This document shows positions 8,559 through 18,546 of a stretch of 64,000 nt of DNA, piece after piece. The notes beneath the pieces were generated by a model. It was given only the letters and a program-made list of their open reading frames with translations. It had not been told where the DNA came from and searched no databases. Source of the stretch: a virus. Lineage: Duplodnaviria; Heunggongvirae; Uroviricota; Caudoviricetes. Location of the stretch: the IMG/VR virus record IMGVR_UViG_3300021431_000080, positions 4,460 through 68,459 of that record. One strand, 5' to 3'. Position 1 is the first letter of the stretch; each line of letters starts with the position of its first letter. The position numbers were made by a program, and so were the translations under genes.

Positions 8559-9496
8559 ATATTTGTGTAATGATTATGTCGACTGAGATGCAGCCGAGCA
8601 CAAGGAACGTTGAGATGTTCAAGAACACTGTTGTCAAGAACTACTTGGACAACAAGGACAAGTTCAAGCATATCTACGATTTCTGGGAGTATACCGCAGA
8701 TAATATGCAGGACAGGGATTTTACAGGATACGGTTCTCCTCATTTTAATGTGATTTCTGTTCATGAGCAGGAGAGTGTATATAGGACATGGGAGAAGACA
8801 TACAAGGCTTTCCAGATAATAACCGATAGAAAGAAATATGATCTCTATGTCAGGATAAACATATCGTTGTGGCTTAATCTTGAATTGCTTGACGCTGTCG
8901 CTGATCAGTTCAAGGATGATATGGTGTATTGCAATGCGATAAACAGCCATGTGAACGTGACATCTAAGTATCTGAACGATGTATATCCGAGAGGTGACAT
9001 GTACATCTTCGGGAACAAGACAATGAACGGTATACTGGAGCATGGCTGGAAGTATATGTACTGTGATCAGGACATGAAGGAGAGGATAGGTGTGGATCAT
9101 GTCGACGACTGTATACTTGGTGTGGCGATGATTGACACATATGGTAAGGATTACTACAAGCACATCGAGCAGCTGAAATACATGTTCATCCCAACTCCGT
9201 CGATAAAAGGTATCGGAGAGATTGACAAATTGTCGATAGGATTCAGGGTGAAGACAACACCAGAGGGAATGACATCAGGGTACTCGTGGGATGATAATGA
9301 GTACAGACTAAAGGATGCTGTGAAGATGAAGGAACTTCAGGATTATTTCGGAAACATTGATGTTTCATATTCTGATGTGAAGTTGAAAGATTTGATTGCC
9401 GACGAGAATAATGCCAGACCGACGTTGTTCGTGCAGGCTGTGAACTGTGGGGTGAAAAAGGTGTTTTGGCAATATCTCGCGATGAAGAGAAAATGA
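8555..9496 (+). CDS. Putative glycosyltransferase (GT-A, GT31-like)
   Basis: ATGA overlap with the GT2 gene; TWEKTYKAF...YDLYVRINIS, RGDMYIF, VDDCILGV resemble viral galactosyltransferase-like proteins. Confidence 0.45.
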   Translation: MNICVMIMSTEMQPSTRNVEMFKNTVVKNYLDNKDKFKHIYDFWEYTADNMQDRDFTGYGSPHFNVISVHEQESVYRTWEKTYKAFQIITDRKKYDLYVRINISLWLNLELLDAVADQFKDDMVYCNAINSHVNVTSKYLNDVYPRGDMYIFGNKTMNGILEHGWKYMYCDQDMKERIGVDHVDDCILGVAMIDTYGKDYYKHIEQLKYMFIPTPSIKGIGEIDKLSIGFRVKTTPEGMTSGYSWDDNEYRLKDAVKMKELQDYFGNIDVSYSDVKLKDLIADENNARPTLFVQAVNCGVKKVFWQYLAMKRK

Positions 9497-9522
9497 AAAA
9501 GAGGTCAAATCGACCTCTTTTT
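9496..9522. terminator. Bidirectional intrinsic terminator
   Basis: AAAAA GAGGTC AAATC GACCTC TTTTT between convergent genes. Confidence 0.8.
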
Positions 9523-9524
9523 GT

Positions 9525-10496
9525 TTAGAAACTTTCGTCTATCTGAACTTGTGCCGCGCTTGGTGCATTTGATGTCGGTGAAGCGTTGAGTATGAAACTG
9601 AGATCAAGTTCAGATATCACAGATTTCTTGATGAAGTAGTCTCCCTTCGTGTAAACACATAAGAAGGCTCTTGGATTCGCTTTGTATCTCCTGAGTGGTT
9701 CAGCCATCAGAGGTATTGAGTTTGTGAAGTATTTTGATCCGATTCCGTCGTTGTAGTCCTTGATTGTTATTGAGAAATTCTCAAGTCTTTCGTCGTCGAA
9801 ATTGATTATTTGTCTGTTTCCATTATAATCTTTTATAGCATAAGACTCTATGTTTCCTCTATATGTATTTGTATTTGAATCAAATTTTGTAAAAAGCGCA
9901 CTGTCCATCTGTGCTGATTGTATTGTATAGAATTCCAATGTAATTTTTATGTCTGATGTAAAAACATAATTCGATGTTGATGGAACAGTTATTGAGAAGT
10001 CGTATAGTAGATTGTATGTTGTTTGTAAGGATCTCCTTGCGTATATATAATAATCATAATCTCCGTTTCCAGAATAAAGTTCACCATGTGAATTTATGTT
10101 TCTTACGTTTCTTGACCATGCTCTGCTGACAATATTAAGGGTGAAGTTTGTTGCTTCGGAAGACGACGATTCTGTTTGTGACAAATCTATCTTGTCTATC
10201 TCTTCTACTTTGCAATTGTTGTATCCTCCAGACGAAGTTACGTTTTTTATCAGATAGATGTAGTCATAACTGTTTTCTGTGTAAAATATATAATCATATT
10301 CTTCCGGTGTTTCGCTTACGTTCCTTCTGGCATATCTAGTTTCTCCGTTTACAGTAAAACGAATATTGTTGGTTGTTGTGTTTCCTGAAAGTTTACTGTT
10401 TCCATAGAAAAACAACCTTGCTCTTGAACCACCACCTCCTTCTATTCCGGGTAAGCTTATGGATGTACTTCCGTGTAATATGTCTGTGTTTTCCAT
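9525..10496 (-). CDS. Virion (tail/baseplate-associated) protein, paralog 3
   Basis: 323 aa, N/S/T/Y-rich beta protein, N-terminal LPG..G.GG motif, last gene of the structural operon. Confidence 0.55.
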   Translation of the reverse strand: MENTDILHGSTSISLPGIEGGGGSRARLFFYGNSKLSGNTTTNNIRFTVNGETRYARRNVSETPEEYDYIFYTENSYDYIYLIKNVTSSGGYNNCKVEEIDKIDLSQTESSSSEATNFTLNIVSRAWSRNVRNINSHGELYSGNGDYDYYIYARRSLQTTYNLLYDFSITVPSTSNYVFTSDIKITLEFYTIQSAQMDSALFTKFDSNTNTYRGNIESYAIKDYNGNRQIINFDDERLENFSITIKDYNDGIGSKYFTNSIPLMAEPLRRYKANPRAFLCVYTKGDYFIKKSVISELDLSFILNASPTSNAPSAAQVQIDESF

Positions 10497-10506
10497 TCTG
10501 TAAAAA

Positions 10507-11445
10507 TTAGCTTACGTTTATGTTCATTCTGTATATTTCGCCGTTATGTGAGTATTCAAAATACATGTGGCACATAGAGACAGAATATCCTGTTTTTAAG
10601 CTGTTTTTTATTGTGCTTGTATTCAAAGATGCGTCCAATTCGTCTTTGAACGTTTCGTATTCTTTTAGTGTGGTAATATTTTTGTCAATTGACTCGATGT
10701 ATCCTTTTTCCACAAAAATTCCCCATCCGTTGCTACTTGATGGGATAGATTCTATAACAAGACCGTTGTTAAGTACGGCACATATCTTACAGTATTCCTC
10801 GCTGCTTGCGATATATTCGATGAAATTCTTGCTGTCAGAGAACGTGAGGGTTTCTCCGTTGTCGTCTTTACCTGTTAAAGTATAAGTACTTGGATCTGGA
10901 ACTACATAGTATCCTGTTGGAAAATTTAAACTTCCGCCATATGTTTTGCGTCCGAAATATCTATATCTCCATAATTTCCATTCGCCCCACGCAAGCGCAT
11001 CGATTGTGCCTCTTTGTGAATAAGCATTTTCCAGTGCGTTATTTGTGTAAGGTGGATATGTTAGATTGTTCTCTACTTTGAATTTTAACTCTGTTGTGTT
11101 ATGTGAGTTTGAAGGAACTTCATATCCTTGGGTTGCACTATCCTGAAATGCAATGTTTCCTAAGGAATCTAATGTGATAATGTTTCCGTAAATATTTGTT
11201 ATTTCAAACAATTGACCGTATGTGTCAAGAATATAATCGTTTATTTTATATTTCTCGTCAGATATAGCTTCAGTGTTATTGGATAAACTCTGGTTGTTTC
11301 TTATTCTTTCTTTTATGATATTTGCGTTTATAGAAACATCAATGGATGAAAAATGTATAGAATTTCCGTTATTTCCCTGAATGCCTATACGCCCAGGTGC
11401 GGAATAACCGCACGATCCTTTCCAAGTTTCCAAATTGTAATCCAT
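10507..11445 (-). CDS. Virion (tail/baseplate-associated) protein, paralog 2
   Basis: 312 aa; N-term PGRIGIQGNNGNSIHFS shared with the neighbouring 514-aa gene. Confidence 0.6.
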   Translation of the reverse strand: MDYNLETWKGSCGYSAPGRIGIQGNNGNSIHFSSIDVSINANIIKERIRNNQSLSNNTEAISDEKYKINDYILDTYGQLFEITNIYGNIITLDSLGNIAFQDSATQGYEVPSNSHNTTELKFKVENNLTYPPYTNNALENAYSQRGTIDALAWGEWKLWRYRYFGRKTYGGSLNFPTGYYVVPDPSTYTLTGKDDNGETLTFSDSKNFIEYIASSEEYCKICAVLNNGLVIESIPSSSNGWGIFVEKGYIESIDKNITTLKEYETFKDELDASLNTSTIKNSLKTGYSVSMCHMYFEYSHNGEIYRMNINVS

Positions 11446-11448
11446 TGT

Positions 11449-12993
11449 TTATGTTGTTGTTTTTACTCTTGTGTTCATTATTTTTATTGCGCCAGTTTTT
11501 TTGTTGACACACACAAGTTCATATATGTTTTCTGAATTTAATAAGAAACTTCTTAATCTGCTGCAAATATATGATTTTTCCAAGTTCAATCTTGCTGTGT
11601 ATCCGATCATATTATATGTAGAAGAATCTTTTAACAGTGGAGTTTTGTCGTTTAAGATCATTTCGTGCTTTATGAAATTGTCATATGGAACCGTGCTGCT
11701 TACAGCTGTATCTGCAACTTTGCAATTTCGCTGCCATTGTACAGGACCAAATGATTCATAAGGATACATGTTTGTATACATTCCTGAGAAATATGCAGAA
11801 TCTCCGCTTCTGAAATTTGGATTGTCAATGCTATATAGTGAGTATTGAATATATCCTCTTAGATTGTCGTATGAAAGAGTTTGAAATTGTTGCATAGACC
11901 ATTCTGAGAACAAGTTTTCAGCTTGTGCTGGATTTGTACTGTTTTTTTCTCCTGTTCTGATAGATCCTGGTCCAATCACTAAACCATACCAAGAAAGATG
12001 AAGGTTGTCTATTCCACCAAACCTATATCTGTATGGTGTTCCCCAGAAATTCTTTGTTATAAAGTTGTGTGGGTGTATGAAGTTTGAATTTATATTGTTT
12101 CCTGCGGGATGAAGTTTGTCACAAGACATGTCTGTGATATTGTAAATAGCCGATGAAGAATCTATATGTTCTTGGTATGTGTTTGATCCGTCTAGTTTTG
12201 CATTCAGTTTTATTTCTGCATATTTGTAAAATTCAAACGCTCCTTGCATATTCCTATGTACAGGATCCATTAGACTCTCATATCCGCTGTCACCGAGGAT
12301 ATATGTGTCATATTGTGGTGATTTATTGATTTTTGTATATATTCTTAGATAAAAATTCCAATAGTTTAATATACTGGAGTCTGTTACATGTATTATCGGT
12401 TTGAAACTGAATCCGAAAGTTTTTTTGAATGCTTTGTCATAAGTTATTCTTGTGGATGAATCCGGATAATCTTCTATATGATACGGAGACGTGTAATCAC
12501 AACCCTTCAACCTAATGCTTGCGGATGAATCTATACATCTGTTGCTTGGAATAGGTATATTGAAAACATTCTCTGTAAAGTTCATGAATTCGACTTCACC
12601 GATGCTGTTTATAAGATTCTCATCGGATACAAGTTTAGCTTCTTTCTGCTTGTCTGTTAGTTTTCCTAGATATGTAAAATCTATATTGTCTCCGTTAATA
12701 TCAAGCCTGTATACAAGAAGATCCTTTGATAATATCAAATCACCGTCTACATATTGTATTCCCTGAAGACTTATTGTATTCCCAGAAGAAAGAACAAGGT
12801 TGTTTTTAATCTTTTCCCTTATCATTCCTTTTATATAGTCGTTATTTGGGGAATAATCAGAAAAATGGATTGACGGACCATTTGTTCCGTTCTCTCCTGT
12901 TGAACCGTTGATTCCTGCAGTTGCTCTACCTGGAATCAAATCATTCCTGAAAATAGGCTGTTCTTTTGTCTTACACGTGAAATGTATTCCCAT
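11449..12993 (-). CDS. Virion (tail/baseplate-associated) protein, paralog 1
   Basis: 514 aa; N-term PGRATAGINGSTGENGTNGPSIHFS; TAATG-coupled to the 1839-aa gene. Confidence 0.6.
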   Translation of the reverse strand: MGIHFTCKTKEQPIFRNDLIPGRATAGINGSTGENGTNGPSIHFSDYSPNNDYIKGMIREKIKNNLVLSSGNTISLQGIQYVDGDLILSKDLLVYRLDINGDNIDFTYLGKLTDKQKEAKLVSDENLINSIGEVEFMNFTENVFNIPIPSNRCIDSSASIRLKGCDYTSPYHIEDYPDSSTRITYDKAFKKTFGFSFKPIIHVTDSSILNYWNFYLRIYTKINKSPQYDTYILGDSGYESLMDPVHRNMQGAFEFYKYAEIKLNAKLDGSNTYQEHIDSSSAIYNITDMSCDKLHPAGNNINSNFIHPHNFITKNFWGTPYRYRFGGIDNLHLSWYGLVIGPGSIRTGEKNSTNPAQAENLFSEWSMQQFQTLSYDNLRGYIQYSLYSIDNPNFRSGDSAYFSGMYTNMYPYESFGPVQWQRNCKVADTAVSSTVPYDNFIKHEMILNDKTPLLKDSSTYNMIGYTARLNLEKSYICSRLRSFLLNSENIYELVCVNKKTGAIKIMNTRVKTTT

Positions 12994-15900
12994 TACAGAT
13001 AAATCTTCATTTTTACCGTATAGATGTAGTCTTTAAGGTTGTTAAGTGCAAGATAGTATTTTCCTTTGTCGTTGAAAAGGTTCTTGTTAATTCCTTGAAG
13101 TGTCATCATGCCATTTGTAGATGTACTGTTGTCGTCAAACGATAATTCCTGTGCTTCGTTGAACCATATTTCCACTTTGCAGTTTTCATCTATGTTTATG
13201 AATTTTAATATACTGTTCTCTATGTATCTTTGTTTGCTTTGCGGGTTGTTGACGGTTCTCCCTATCCAGTTGCCCATGTATCCATCCGAATACATGATAA
13301 GGTTGATTAAACTGTCTGTTATATTCAACGTTATCTTTTTCTTGTTTCTGTCTATTACAGTATTTGTCCAGTTTGTTATCTCGATGAAATTAACGATATT
13401 GCCGTCTTCGTTTTCTGATTTCAGGTTTAGGCCACGTGATGCAAAGAAAATATTCTTCTCATATCCAGATTCTATTCCGTTGTTTTCAACAAAAACATCG
13501 TGTCCTGTGAATGTCCTGTATATATTAGCATCCCAGCAGTCGACAAGAGGATTCAAATTATGTAGAACATTCAGGCAAGTTGATGATGTCATTGAACCTG
13601 ATGTTACTGTTTCTGTGTATGTTTCAGGTAAACTTTTTATTACGGAAGCGTTGAATTTTATCAATCTGTTACTGGATATTTCCAAACTTGCATCTGCTCC
13701 AGCAGGAGAGAATGAGTCTCCAACAGATCTGGCATTAAACGAACCACATTCCCTATAAGTGAATGTGGATTCTTTGATCCATATTGAAGAATCAATTCCA
13801 GATATAACTGTTCCGTTTGCTACATTAATTTTTGGATATCCTTGTATATCGAATATTAAGCTGGTGTAGAAATAGATATCAGCAACAATTGATAATGTTG
13901 AAGAATCCACGTTGTTTATCTGATATGTTTCTCCGTTTATTATAACATCATCTCCTGATTGAATATATCTATTGTATGATATTGCGGACGAATCAAAAAC
14001 AGTTAACGATATTGATGAATCCATCGAAGACACGTCTGTGATTTTGTATAGTTTCTCATTGTCTTCATCTGTTACATCATAAATATTTTCTCCTACTCGT
14101 AGTTCATAATTCAATGGTGATGTTGATGGTATATTAAACTCGGTTACAAGTATTTCTGTCTCTACGGTTGTGCTTTTTCTGTTGTCAATGGTAAGTGGAA
14201 TCTCTGATACTTTTCTCAACCATGTCTGCGGAATCGTATTGACGTTCCCTACTCTGAGGTTACACCCGTCGAGAGAAGTCTCAAATATTGAATTTATACC
14301 GTCAATCTTGTTTTCAAACGCAAGAATGTTTCTTGTGACTGGTTCGCAATATGAAGGATATGCCGTTCCACTATCTGTCTGTTCAAAATCTGAATTTTCT
14401 ACATTGATTTCGACAGGATCCTTTATTTCAACATGGATTATATCGTTCAGATTTGAATAGTTTAGTGTTCCGTTCTTTGTCTTCACGAACACAAGAGGAG
14501 TCTTTATATACTCCTTTATCATTCTCAAAGGAAGGGTTGCATAGTCTGTCTGTTTGTTGAACTCTGGATCCGTAGGTTCGTTGTTTGAACCTGATATGAT
14601 GAACATGTCTATGTTGTCGTCAAGTTGGTTGACACATTTCATGAATTCTGATGTAAACGGCTCTATTCTTGATGAGTCAACATACAACGAAGCGTCCCAT
14701 GAAGCAATATATTCATTTGTGAAATCTGGTTTGAATGATTCGACACCGATCTTTCCGATCAACAATGAGTATTTTTCCTTTGTGAAGCATTCCTTGTCTA
14801 TTGAATCTGACATCAGAAACACAAACCCGTTTGCGTTTTCTTCTGATGTAACTATCTGGGCGAATCCCATCGAGCAATCCCTGTTCCATAATTCTGCGTT
14901 ATCTGGTATCAGTGTGAGTTTGGATGAATTGAGGGTGTTTACTTTGCATTCTGACAGCGATGATGTGTGGAAAGATGAATAAATCATCGGAATACGGACG
15001 CTTCCGTCTATCGTCATCTTGGCATTGTCGTCGTTGTAGAACATGTTCCAAGGAGCGGAACCGTTGTATATGAATATAGCCAACTGTTCATTTTCCTCGT
15101 CGAACAGGATTTCGCAAGGGTTGAGATTGTTCGGGTTGTTGCCAGATGTACAGATGATAATAGCGGAGTAACCGATATATTTCTTTATATCGAGTACCTT
15201 GGATTCCTTGACCTGTATACTTACCTTCACTCCACCGGCGATGAATTCGATTGTGTCGTTGCCGTTGCTGTATACAGTGGACATTTTTGCTGTTCCTCCT
15301 CCGTCGTTGGTGAGGAGTTCGTCAATTGAACCTGTGCCGTTGAAGAGATAGTCTTTGAATTTTCTGTGTATTCTTGGATCAAACTTGTCATTTAAGTATT
15401 TTGGATATCCGTATGTGCACGAGTCGAATGAGCAATCCACATATCCGCTTCCGTCGGAGACAGTCACGTTTCCGATATAGAAATCGGTGTCCTGTGGTAT
15501 GAAGTATGATCTGTTTTCAGATTCGTCGCTGTATTTGAACATTACTCTCATGTCGTCTCCTCTGCTGTCTGTTCCGACAACTTTCCATTTGCAACAGTAA
15601 GGTGACAGCATGGCGACATCGGAATACTTGTGATCGGCGTTGTTCAGTGTGCTGAGGTATCCTGTCAGGTTGAGTGGTTCTAGGTTTTCGATTTCCACAA
15701 CTTCTCCGTCGGCGTTCTTGTATGTCTTGAATCTTTCGTACTTGTCTATGTAGTTCATCACAGACTCTTCTGGTGTCTGGACGGTAAGAAGGCTTTTTCC
15801 GAAGACGTTATTCCTTGTTCCGAATTCTCCGTTGTCCTTCGATATGTAGTCGGATGAGATTGTAGATATGCTGTTTATTGGATCTATGACATCTGTGTTT

Positions 15901-18512
15901 ATATCCTTTACTTGAAGTATGGAGCACAAACCTGCATTTATAGGAGGAAGGTTATAGAACAATACCTTCCCTTCGATGAGCTCTGGTGTTTTAGACACAA
16001 CGATGATGCTGGATCCGTCTCCTCCGAATCCGCTCAGTGACTGGACAGGAGCATTTTCAAACTCACATTCACTGTTCAGTTTGATTATGCTTATCTTTTC
16101 AAGATATGAATATCCTTCCTCGTCTTTGTATATGACGTTCCTCTCCTTGGAAACCTCCATGTCTATGTTGGAATCTATATGGAAAAGCCTGTGTGTAGAG
16201 TCGACGGTAAAAGGAATAAATGAGCAGGCAAACGCTATTCTTGAACCCAAAGCCTCGAATCCTGTTGGATACAGAATCTTCTTCAATCCTGTGTCTTCCG
16301 TCGGTATCAATTTTATTTTCTCTATGTCGCTCAGACCGAACAGATATGCTGAATCGTCAGTGTATCGATCTGAGTTGTATGTGTTGTCATAATTGGTATC
16401 GAAGTCATAGAAAGAAGACACCTTTTCTATATACACCGAGTCTGAACCATAGACGAATGTTGAATTGTATATCAGGCATACACTGTCATTGTTGACATAA
16501 GCCTGTACAATATCTTCTCCGAACGAGTTGAACGCTTCGACAAGAAGATTAACCTCGTCCTCTTTCGTTATGGAAGAGTCACTTATGTTCAGTCTGTAAG
16601 GTATTCCGTATACAGTGACTCTCTCTATTTCGTATTCGTCTGACTCTATTGTCTCGTTGTAATGGTTGATTTCGCTTATGTCGAAGATGTCGTTCTCATA
16701 GTTCGAGATTACAACTTCGTATATCTTTTTGTCCTTAACATCGACAATTCTGAAATGCTCACCAGGATCCATCACATCGTTGAACTGTACGGTGGCGTAG
16801 CATTTTTCATAGACGGATGTATCTGTGTCAACTGCATCTGGAGAAACTATATTCTCATAAGGAGCCTTCGCGTAATTTTTCAGCAAATCATATACTGATG
16901 CATCGGTTACGTTGAACGGAAGTCTCGTGAAACCATCTGGTGTTGTAAGTCCGTATATTAGATCGTTGAATGAACTGTCTGATGGATTGAACGAAGATCC
17001 GTGTATCTCTGTGTCGAATATCGGAACATTGTCGTCGAAACCGAGGCAGTTGAAGTCGCCATCCTCTCCGTTGAGTTTGATATAGATTCCGAAATATGTG
17101 TCGATGCTGAACAGATCCCTCGAAGTGTCGTCGAACATGAACTCGAAGTTGACGATGTTCTTGCTAACAATCCTGTTTCTCTCGAAACCGAGTGTGAACC
17201 AGTCGTTCATCGCAACCTGATTCTGGATGTTCCTACACAACGAAGCTGATTCGTAAATCTGTGAGACGACACCGCTGTCGAGTGATATTCCGTTGTATAT
17301 GTTGCTCTGGTCGTAGTCGTATGAGACATACAGGTTTCCTACGAAATTCTTTGAGTTCTCGTATATTTTTCTTATGAGTTTTCCTGCGTTCGATGTTTCC
17401 CTTAAATCGAACACCTTCACTATTTCGCCGTCGGTGAGAAATTTCTTGATTTTCTCTGGGTTTGTCTCTATGTTCTCATAATCGGAGATTCTGAATACAA
17501 CGAAGAAATCGGGAATGTTCTTCTTTATACACAACGGAGCCAAAATAGAGTAGTTCTCCGTGTACATCTTGTCGCTGTTTGTCCTGACTCCAGAGTTGTA
17601 TGTGTCGTAATATTGTTCACCCAAGTTGTTGGCCAGAGAGAACAGGCTGTAGCATGAATCCTCGATTTTGTAGAAATCCGTCGAAGTAATGCTAGACATC
17701 TTGCTCATCAGCGTTCTTCCATAGTATTCGTTAGGATTGATGCTGATTTTTCTGTATTTTCTCTGTGACAGTGCTTTTGACACCTTGAATGTGTCAAGAT
17801 ACAGGTTCTGACTTGAATCGACGACGACCTTTACGTTTCCTGTGAGTTTTGGATTCACCCTCAGAAGCTCATAGGAAGCAGCGTTGTCAATCATCTTTAT
17901 TGTTTTCTTGTAACTGAGTTCTGTTATTTCTTCGGGTCTGTAGTTTATTACGGTAAAATCGGATGAACTTGTTGTTTTCGCTGCTCTTGTGTGGATAGCT
18001 ATATCGAAAGCCTCGTTGCAATCTATATGTATATGAAGCAATGATCCGTTTATGTTTTCTGTATGTATCTCATAAATGGAGCTCATTGGTATATTGTACC
18101 ACCTGTATTCGTTTATGTACGATACAAATGGAGGGAGGTTTTCAGAAATATAAAGCGACGTGTAGTATTTTTCAATCTCTTCGCCAAACGGAAGATCTTT
18201 TGTAGGCGTTGTAGTCAAGGATCTGAACATGTATTCGGCAGATCCTTTTGGTGTATAATATGAACTATCTTCTTTGTATGAATTGTTCAAATAAACAGTG
18301 ACTCCGACGTTCGGTTCGCTTCCTTTTGGAAATTTCACATAAACAGAGTTCTCGTCTGGTTTGTAACTGCTGTCTGTTACGTCGCCAAGACAATAACCGT
18401 TTATATACACATACTTTTCATAACCAGTTGTTACTATTATTTCTGGTACATATTCTTGAGATAGAACAAAGAAGTCCCTTCCAAATCCAGATACCAATCC
18501 TACATCTATCAT
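12993..18512 (-). CDS. Very large virion structural protein (baseplate/tail)
   Basis: 1839 aa uninterrupted ORF, acidic and beta-rich, in late minus-strand block; no enzyme motifs recognised. Confidence 0.65.
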   Translation of the reverse strand: MIDVGLVSGFGRDFFVLSQEYVPEIIVTTGYEKYVYINGYCLGDVTDSSYKPDENSVYVKFPKGSEPNVGVTVYLNNSYKEDSSYYTPKGSAEYMFRSLTTTPTKDLPFGEEIEKYYTSLYISENLPPFVSYINEYRWYNIPMSSIYEIHTENINGSLLHIHIDCNEAFDIAIHTRAAKTTSSSDFTVINYRPEEITELSYKKTIKMIDNAASYELLRVNPKLTGNVKVVVDSSQNLYLDTFKVSKALSQRKYRKISINPNEYYGRTLMSKMSSITSTDFYKIEDSCYSLFSLANNLGEQYYDTYNSGVRTNSDKMYTENYSILAPLCIKKNIPDFFVVFRISDYENIETNPEKIKKFLTDGEIVKVFDLRETSNAGKLIRKIYENSKNFVGNLYVSYDYDQSNIYNGISLDSGVVSQIYESASLCRNIQNQVAMNDWFTLGFERNRIVSKNIVNFEFMFDDTSRDLFSIDTYFGIYIKLNGEDGDFNCLGFDDNVPIFDTEIHGSSFNPSDSSFNDLIYGLTTPDGFTRLPFNVTDASVYDLLKNYAKAPYENIVSPDAVDTDTSVYEKCYATVQFNDVMDPGEHFRIVDVKDKKIYEVVISNYENDIFDISEINHYNETIESDEYEIERVTVYGIPYRLNISDSSITKEDEVNLLVEAFNSFGEDIVQAYVNNDSVCLIYNSTFVYGSDSVYIEKVSSFYDFDTNYDNTYNSDRYTDDSAYLFGLSDIEKIKLIPTEDTGLKKILYPTGFEALGSRIAFACSFIPFTVDSTHRLFHIDSNIDMEVSKERNVIYKDEEGYSYLEKISIIKLNSECEFENAPVQSLSGFGGDGSSIIVVSKTPELIEGKVLFYNLPPINAGLCSILQVKDINTDVIDPINSISTISSDYISKDNGEFGTRNNVFGKSLLTVQTPEESVMNYIDKYERFKTYKNADGEVVEIENLEPLNLTGYLSTLNNADHKYSDVAMLSPYCCKWKVVGTDSRGDDMRVMFKYSDESENRSYFIPQDTDFYIGNVTVSDGSGYVDCSFDSCTYGYPKYLNDKFDPRIHRKFKDYLFNGTGSIDELLTNDGGGTAKMSTVYSNGNDTIEFIAGGVKVSIQVKESKVLDIKKYIGYSAIIICTSGNNPNNLNPCEILFDEENEQLAIFIYNGSAPWNMFYNDDNAKMTIDGSVRIPMIYSSFHTSSLSECKVNTLNSSKLTLIPDNAELWNRDCSMGFAQIVTSEENANGFVFLMSDSIDKECFTKEKYSLLIGKIGVESFKPDFTNEYIASWDASLYVDSSRIEPFTSEFMKCVNQLDDNIDMFIISGSNNEPTDPEFNKQTDYATLPLRMIKEYIKTPLVFVKTKNGTLNYSNLNDIIHVEIKDPVEINVENSDFEQTDSGTAYPSYCEPVTRNILAFENKIDGINSIFETSLDGCNLRVGNVNTIPQTWLRKVSEIPLTIDNRKSTTVETEILVTEFNIPSTSPLNYELRVGENIYDVTDEDNEKLYKITDVSSMDSSISLTVFDSSAISYNRYIQSGDDVIINGETYQINNVDSSTLSIVADIYFYTSLIFDIQGYPKINVANGTVISGIDSSIWIKESTFTYRECGSFNARSVGDSFSPAGADASLEISSNRLIKFNASVIKSLPETYTETVTSGSMTSSTCLNVLHNLNPLVDCWDANIYRTFTGHDVFVENNGIESGYEKNIFFASRGLNLKSENEDGNIVNFIEITNWTNTVIDRNKKKITLNITDSLINLIMYSDGYMGNWIGRTVNNPQSKQRYIENSILKFINIDENCKVEIWFNEAQELSFDDNSTSTNGMMTLQGINKNLFNDKGKYYLALNNLKDYIYTVKMKIYL

Positions 18513-18546
18513 TTGTGAATCATTGTGTTATAGTTTATATAGGTAA

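Noticed and set aside
10507-12993. Collagen-like tail fibres
   Set aside because: Only 3-4 G-x-y triplets per protein, too short for a true collagen helix; kept as a shared N-terminal module.
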